Source: Eledone cirrhosa
Lineage: Eukaryota
Reading direction: 5' to 3'
Length of the DNA: 64,000 bases
Assembly (NCBI GenBank): GCA_964016885.1
Contig: OZ024741.1
Span: 95,108,001-95,172,000 of the forward strand
Under the pieces are notes generated by a model, which made no database searches, had not been told where the DNA came from, and saw nothing but the letters and a program-made list of their open reading frames with translations. The position numbers and the translations under genes are program-made. How positions within the stretch are numbered: the stretch's first letter is position 1; each line of letters starts with the position of its first letter. Below are positions 55,501 to 64,000 of the stretch, one piece after another.

Positions 55501-58500
55501 GATATAGTCAGATATTTTCAAGACTGGAATATTAGGATGGTAGGATATAGTCAGATATTATCAAGGCTGGAATATTGGGATGGTAGCATATAGTCAGATA
55601 TTATCAAGACTGAAATACTGGGCTGGTAGGATATAGTCAGATATTATCAAGGCTGGAATATTGGGCTGGTATGATATAGTCAGACATTATCAAGACTGAA
55701 ATACTGGGCTGGTATGATATAGTCAGATATTATCAAGACTGAAATACTGGGATGGTAGGATATAGTCAGATATTATCAAGGTTGGAATACTGGGATGGTA
55801 GGATATAGTCAGATATTATCGAGGCTGGAATATTGGGATGGTAGGATATAGTCAGATATTATCAAGGCTGGAATACTGGGATGGTAGGATATAGTCAGAT
55901 ATTTTCAAGGCTGGAATACTGAGATGGTAGGATATAGTCAGATATTATCAAGGCTGGAACACTGGGATGGTAGGATATAGTCAGATATTATCAAGGCTGG
56001 AATATTGGGATGGTAGGATATAGTCAGATATTATCAAGGCTGGAATACTGGGATGGTAGGGTATAGTCAGATATTATCAAGGCTGGAATATTAGGATGGT
56101 AGGATATAGTCAGATATTATCAAGACTTAAATACTGGGATGGTAGGATATAGTCAGATATTATCAAGACTGAAATACTGGGCTGGTATGATATAGTCAGA
56201 CATTATCTAGGCTGGAATACTGGGATGGTAGGATATAGTCAGATATTATCAAGGCTGGAATATTGGGATGGTAGGATGTAGTCAGATATTATCAAGACTG
56301 AAATACTGGGCTGGTATGATATAGTCAGATATTATCAAGGCTGGAATACTGGGATGGTAGGATATAGTCAGACATTATCAAGGCTGGAATACTGGGATGG
56401 TAGGATATAGTCAGACATTATCAAGACTGGAATACTGGGATGGTAGGATATAGTCAGACATTATCAAGGCTGGAATACTGGGATGGTAGGATATAGTCAG
56501 ACATTATCAAGGCTGGAATATTGGGCTGGTATGATATAGTCAGACATTATCAAGGCTGGAATACTGGGCTGGTAGGATATAGTCAGACATTATCAAGGCT
56601 GGAATACTGGGCTGGTAGGATATAGTCAGACATTATCAGGACTGGAATATTGGGCTGGTAGGATATAGTCAGATATTATCAAGACTGGAATACTGGGCTG
56701 GTAGTATATAGTCAGATATTATCAAGGCTGGAATACTGGGATGGTAGGATATAGTCAGATATTATCAAGGCTGTAATACTGGGATGGTAGGATATAGTCA
56801 GATATTATCAAGGCTGGAATACTGGGCTGGTAGGATATAGTCAGATATTATCAAGACTGGAATATTGGGCTGGTAGGATATAGTCAGACATTATCAAGGC
56901 TGGAATACTGGGCTGGTAGGATATAGTCAGACATTATCAAGACTGGAATATTGGGCTGGTAGGATATAGTCAGATATTATGAAGACTGGAATACTGGGCT
57001 GGTAGGATATAGTCAGATATTATCAAGGCTGGAATATTAGGATGGTAGGATATAGTCAGATATTATCAAGGCTGGAATACTGGGATGGTATGATATAGTC
57101 AGACATTATCTAGGCTGGAATACTGGGCTGGTATGATATAGTCAGACATTATCTAGGCTGGAATACTGGGCTGGTAGGATATAGTCAGACATTATCAAGA
57201 CTGGAATATTAGGATGGTAGGATATAGTCAGACATTATCAAGGCTGGAATATTAGGATGGTAGGATATAGTCAGACATTATCAAGACTGGAATATTAGGA
57301 TGGTAGGATATAGTCAGACATTATCAAGACTGGAATATGAGGATGGTAGGATATAGTCAGATATTATCAAGGCTGGAATATTAGGATGGTAGGATATAGT
57401 CAGATATTATCAAGGCTGGAATACTGGGATGGTAGGATATAGTCAGATATTATCAAGACTGGAATACTGGGATGGTAGGATATAGTCAGACATTATCAAG
57501 ACTGGAATACTGGGATGGTAGGATATAGTCAGACATTATCAAGGCTGGAATATTGGGCTGGTATGATATAGTCAGACATTATCAAGGCTGGAATATTGGG
57601 CTGGTAGGATATAGTCAGACATTATCAAGGCTGGAATACTGGGATGGTAGGATATAGTCAGACATTATCAAGGCTGGAATATTGGGCTGGTAGGATATTG
57701 TCAGACATTATCAAGGCTGGAATATTGGGATGGTAGGATATAGTCAGACATTATCAAGACTGGAATATTGGGATGGTAGGATATAGTCAGACATTATCAA
57801 GGCTGGAATACTGGGATGGTAGGATATAGTCAGATATTATCAAGGCTGGAATACTGGGATGGTAGGATATAGTCAGACATTATCAAGGCTGGAATATTGG
57901 GATGGTAGGATATAGTCAGATATTATCAAGGCTGGAATACTGGGATGGTAGGATATAGTCAGACATTATCTAGGCTGGAATATTGGGCTGGTAGGATATA
58001 GTCAGACATTATCAAGTCTGGAATACTGGGATGGTATGATATAGTCAGACATTATCAAGGCTGGAATACTGGGATGGTAGGATATAGTCAGATATTATCA
58101 AGACTGGAATACTGGGATGGTAGGATATAGTCAGACATTATCTAGGCTGGAATACTGGGCTGGTAGGATATAGTCAGACATTATCAAGACTGGAATATTG
58201 GGCTGGTAGGATATAGTCAGATATTATCAAGACTGGAATACTGGGATGGTATGATATAGTCAGACATTATCAAGGCTGGAATATTAGGATGGTAGGATAT
58301 AGTCAGATATTATCAAGACTGGAATATTAGGATGGTAGGATATAGTCAGATATTATCAAGGCTGGAATATTAGGATGGTAGGATATAGTCAGATATTATC
58401 AAGACTGAAATACTGGGCTGGTATGATATAGCCAGAGATTATCAAGGCTGGAATATTGGGATGGTAGGATATAGTCAGATATTATCAAGACTGAAATACT

Positions 58501-61500
58501 GGGCTGGTATGATATAGTCAGATATTATCAAGGCTGGAATACTGGGATGGTAGGATATAGTCAGATATTATCAAGGCTGGAATACTGGGATGGTAGGATA
58601 TAGTCAGATATTATCAAGGCTGGAATGTTGGGATGGTAGGATATAGTCAGATATTATCAAGACTGAAATACTGGGCTGGTATGATATAGTCAGATATTAT
58701 CAAGGCTGGAATACTGGGATGGTAGGATATAGTCAGACATTATCAAGGCTGGAATACTGGGATGGTAGGATATAATCAGACATTATCAAGACTGGAATAC
58801 TGGGATGGTAGGATATAGTCAGACATTATCAAGGCTGGAATACTGGGATGGTAGGATATAGTCAGACATTATCAAGGCTGGAATATTGGGCTGGTACGAT
58901 ATAGTCAGACATTATCAAGGCTGGAATACTGGGCTGGTAGGATATAGTCAGACATTATCAAGGCTGGAATACTGGGCTGGTAGGATATAGTCAGACATTA
59001 TCAAGACTGGAATATTGGGCTGGTAGGATATAGTTAGACATTAATCTAGGCTGGAATACTGGGCTGGTAGGATATAGTCAGACATTATCAAGACTGGAAT
59101 ATTGGGCTGGTAGGATATAGTCAGACATTATCTAGGCTGGAATACTGGGCTGGTAGGATATAGTCAGACATTATCAAGACTGGAATATTGGGATGGTATG
59201 ATATAGTCAGATATTATCAAGACTGGAATACTGGGATGGTAGGATATAGTCAGATATTATCAAGACTGGAATACTGGGATGGTAGGATATAGTCAGACAT
59301 TATCAAGGCTGGAATACTGGGATGGTAGGATATAGTCAGACATTATCAAGGCTGGAATACTGGGATGGTAGGATATAGTCAGACATTATCAAGGCTGGAA
59401 TATTGGGCTGGTAGGATATAGTCAGACATTATCAAGGCTGGAATATTGGGATGGTAGGATATAGTCAGACATTATCAAGGCTGGAATACTGGGATGGTAG
59501 GATATAGTCAGACATTATCAAGGCTGGAATATTGGGCTGGTAGGATATAGTCAGACATTATCAAGGCTGGAATATTGGGATGGTAGGATATAGTCAGACA
59601 TTATCAAGGCTGGAATACTGGGATGGTAGGATATAGTCAGATATTATCAAGGCTGGAATACTGGGCTGGTAGGATATAGTCAGATATTATCAAGGCTGGA
59701 ATACTGGGATGGTATGATATAGTTAGACATTATCTAGGCTGGAATACTGTGCTGGTATGATATAGTCAGACATTATCTAGGCTGGAATACTGGGCTGGTA
59801 GGATATAGTCAGACATTATGAAGACTAGAATATTAGGATGGTAGGATATAGTCAGATATTATCAAGGCTGGAATACTGGGATGGTAGGATATAGTCAGAC
59901 ATTATCAAGGCTGGAATACTGGGATGGTAGGATATAGTCAGACATTATCAAGACTGGAATACTGGGATGGTAGGATATAGTCAGACATTATCAAGGCTGG
60001 AATACTGGGATGGTAGGATATAGTCAGACATTATCAAGGCTGGAATATTGGGCTGATACGATATAGTCAGATATTATCAAGGCTGGAATACTGGGCTGGT
60101 AGGATATAGTCAGACATTATCAAGGCTGGAATACTGGGCTGGTAGGATATAGTCAGACATTATCAAGACTGGAATATTGGGCTGGTAGGATATAGTTAGA
60201 CATTATCTAGGCTGGAATACTGGGCTGGTAGGATATAGTCAGACATTATCAAGACTGGAATATTAGGCTGGTAGGATATAGTCAGACATTATCTAGGCTG
60301 GAATACCGGGCTGGTAGGATATAGTCAGACATTATCAAGACTGGAATATTGGGATGGTATGATATAGTCAGATATTATCAAGACTGGAATACTGGGATGG
60401 TAGGATATAGTCAGACATTATCAAGGCTGGAATACTAGGATGGTAGGATATAGTCAGACATTATCAAGGCTGGAATACTGGGATGGTAGGATATAGTCAG
60501 ACATTATCAAGGCTGGAATATTGGGCTGGTAGAATATATTCAGACATTATCAAGGCTGGAATATTGGGATGGTAGGATATAGTCAGACATTATCAAGGCT
60601 GGAATACTGGGATGGTAGGATATAGTCAGATATTATCAAGGCTGGAATACTGGGATGGTATGATATAGTCAGACATTATCAAGGCTGGAATATTGGGATT
60701 GTAGGATATAGTCAGACATTATCAAGGCTGGAATACTGGGATGGTAGGATATAGTCAGATATTATCAAGGCGGGAATACTGGGGTGGTAGGATATAGTCA
60801 GATATTATCAAGGCTGGAATACTGGGATGGTATGATATAGTCAGACATTATCTAGGCTGGAATACTGGGCTGGTATGATATAGTCAGACATTATCTAGGC
60901 TGGAATACTGGGCTGGTAGGATATAGTCAGACATTATCAAGACTGGAATATTAGGATGGTAGGATATAGTCAGATATTATCAAGGCTGGAATATTAGGAT
61001 GGTAGGATATAGTCAGATATTATCAAGACTGGAATACTGGGATGGTAGGATATAGTCAGACATTATCAAGGTGGAATACTGGGATGGTAGGATATAGTCA
61101 GACATTATCAAGGCTGGAATATTGGGATGGTAGGATATAGTCAGATATTATCAAGACTGGAATATTGGGCTGGTAGGATATAGTCAGACATTATCAAGGC
61201 TGGAATACAGGGATGGTAGGATATAGTCAGATATTATCAAGACTGGAATATTAGGATGGTAGGATATAGTCAGATATTATCAAGGCTGGAATATTGGGAT
61301 GGTAGGATATAGTCAGATATTATCAAGACTGAAATACTGGGCTGGTATGATATAGTCACACATTATCAAGGCTGGAATATTGGGATGGTAGGATATAGTC
61401 AGATATTATCAAGACTGGAATACTGGGCTGGTATGATATAGTCAGATATTATCAAGGCTGGAATACTGGGATGGTAGGATATAGTCAGATATTATCAAGG

Positions 61501-64000
61501 CTGGAATACTGGGATGGTAGGATATAGTCAGATATTATCAAGGCTGGAATATTGGGATGGTAGGATATAGTCAGATATTATCAAGACTGAAATACTGGGC
61601 TGGTATGATATAGTCAGATATTATCAAGGCTGGAATACTGGGATGGTAGGATATAGTCAGATATTATCAAGGCTGGAATATTGGGATGGTAGGATATAGT
61701 CAGACATTATCAAGGCTGGAATACTGGGATGGTAGGATATAGTCAGACATTATCAAGACTGGAATACTGGGATGGTAGGTTATAGTCAGACGTTATCAAG
61801 GCTGGAATACTGGGATGGTAGGATATAGTCAAACATTATCAAGGCTGGAATATTGGGCTGGTAGGATATAGTCAGACATTATCAAGACTGGAATGTTGGG
61901 CTGGTAGGATATAGTCAGATATTATCAAGACTGGAATACTGGGATGGTATGATATAGTCAGACATTATCAAGGATGGAATATTAGGATGGTAGGATATAG
62001 TCAGACATTATCAAGGCTGGAATATTAGGATGGTAGGATATAGTCAGATATTATCAAGGCTGGAATACTGGGATGGTATGATATAGTCAGACATTATCTA
62101 GGCTGGAATACTGGGCTGGTATGATATAGTCAGACATTATCTAGGCTGGAATACTGGGCTGGTAGGATATAGTCAGACATTATCAAGACTGGAATATTAG
62201 GATGGTAGGATATAGTCAGACATTATCAAGACTGGAATATTAGGATGGTAGGATATAGTCAGACATTATCTAGGCTGGAATACTGGGATGGTAGAATATA
62301 GTCAGACATTATCAAGGACGGAATATTGGGATGGTAGGATATAGTCAGATATTATCAAGACTGGAATACTGGGATGGTAGGATATAGTCAGACATTATCA
62401 AGGCTGGAATACTGGGATGGTAGAATATAGTCAGACATTATCAAGGACGGAATATTGGGATGGTAGGATATAGTCAGATATTATCAAGACTGGAATATTG
62501 GGCTGGTAGGATATAGTCAGACATTATCAAGGCTGGAATACAGGGATGGTAGGATATAGTCAGATATTTTCAAGACTGGAATATTAGGATGGTAGGATAT
62601 AGTCAGATATTATCAAGGCTGGAATATTGGGATGGTAGCATATAGTCAGATATTATCAAGACTGAAATACTGGGCTGGTAGGATATAGTCAGATATTATC
62701 AAGGCTGGAATATTGGGCTGGTATGATATAGTCAGACATTATCAAGACTGAAATACTGGGCTGGTATGATATAGTCAGATATTATCAAGACTGAAATACT
62801 GGGATGGTAGGATATAGTCAGATATTATCAAGGTTGGAATACTGGGATGGTAGGATATAGTCAGATATTATCGAGGCTGGAATATTGGGATGGTAGGATA
62901 TAGTCAGATATTATCAAGGCTGGAATACTGGGATGGTAGGATATAGTCAGATATTTTCAAGGCTGGAATACTGAGATGGTAGGATATAGTCAGATATTAT
63001 CAAGGCTGGAACACTGGGATGGTAGGATATAGTCAGATATTATCAAGGCTGGAATATTGGGATGGTAGGATATAGTCAGATATTATCAAGGCTGGAATAC
63101 TGGGATGGTAGGGTATAGTCAGACATTATCAAGGCTGGAATACTAGGATGGTAGGATATAGTCAGACATTATCAAGGCTGGAATACTGGGATGGTAGGAT
63201 ATAGTCAGACATTATCAAGGCTGGAATATTGGGCTGGTAGAATATATTCAGACATTATCAAGGCTGGAATATTGGGATGGTAGGATATAGTCAGACATTA
63301 TCAAGGCTGGAATACTGGGATGGTAGGATATAGTCAGATATTATCAAGGCTGGAATACTGGGATGGTATGATATAGTCAGACATTATCAAGGCTGGAATA
63401 TTGGGATTGTAGGATATAGTCAGACATTATCAAGGCTGGAATACTGGGATGGTAGGATATAGTCAGATATTATCAAGGCGGGAATACTGGGGTGGTAGGA
63501 TATAGTCAGATATTATCAAGGCTGGAATACTGGGATGGTATGATATAGTCAGACATTATCTAGGCTGGAATACTGGGCTGGTATGATATAGTCAGACATT
63601 ATCTAGGCTGGAATACTGGGCTGGTAGGATATAGTCAGACATTATCAAGACTGGAATATTAGGATGGTAGGATATAGTCAGATATTATCAAGGCTGGAAT
63701 ATTAGGATGGTAGGATATAGTCAGATATTATCAAGACTGGAATACTGGGATGGTAGGATATAGTCAGACATTATCAAGGTGGAATACTGGGATGGTAGGA
63801 TATAGTCAGACATTATCAAGGCTGGAATATTGGGATGGTAGGATATAGTCAGATATTATCAAGACTGGAATATTGGGCTGGTAGGATATAGTCAGACATT
63901 ATCAAGGCTGGAATACAGGGATGGTAGGATATAGTCAGATATTATCAAGACTGGAATATTAGGATGGTAGGATATAGTCAGATATTATCAAGGCTGGAAT
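10548..64000. repeat. 43-bp satellite DNA array, >=53.4 kb, ~1,240 monomers, runs off the window end
   Basis: Head-to-tail monomer ggatatagtcagayattatcaagrctggaataytgggmtggta. The 43-bp period was checked directly (gctggaa at 12481 and 12524). Single orientation; I saw no foreign insertion. Confidence 0.99.

Noticed and set aside
10548-64000. CRISPR array or other repeat-spacer system
   Set aside because: There are no unique spacers; the whole 43 bp repeats with only point variants. No cas genes are present and the context is eukaryotic.

Overview
Eukaryotic, AT-rich, non-coding DNA. I can support no intact protein-coding or RNA gene. Bases 1-10.5 kb are a patchwork of tRNA-derived SINEs, TTAA-flanked MITE-like elements of two families, a decayed RTE-like LINE 3' end, a 61-bp minisatellite and microsatellites. 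The repeat families resemble those I recall from octopus/cephalopod genomes (inference, not searched). From ~10,548 to the window end lies one head-to-tail satellite of a 43-bp monomer (GGATATAGTCAGAYATTATCAAGRCTGGAATAYTGGGMTGGTA), about 1,240 copies. Rare variants show nested higher-order structure: a 32-monomer (1,376 bp) unit, 71-126-monomer blocks, a 13,502-bp offset duplication, a 20,726-bp long-range match and a separate right-hand domain with a 7,052-bp offset duplication. All offsets were counted by hand. I found no evidence of CRISPR or of a novel gene system. The most noteworthy items are the satellite architecture and a palindrome-dense insert at ~4.37-4.57 kb.
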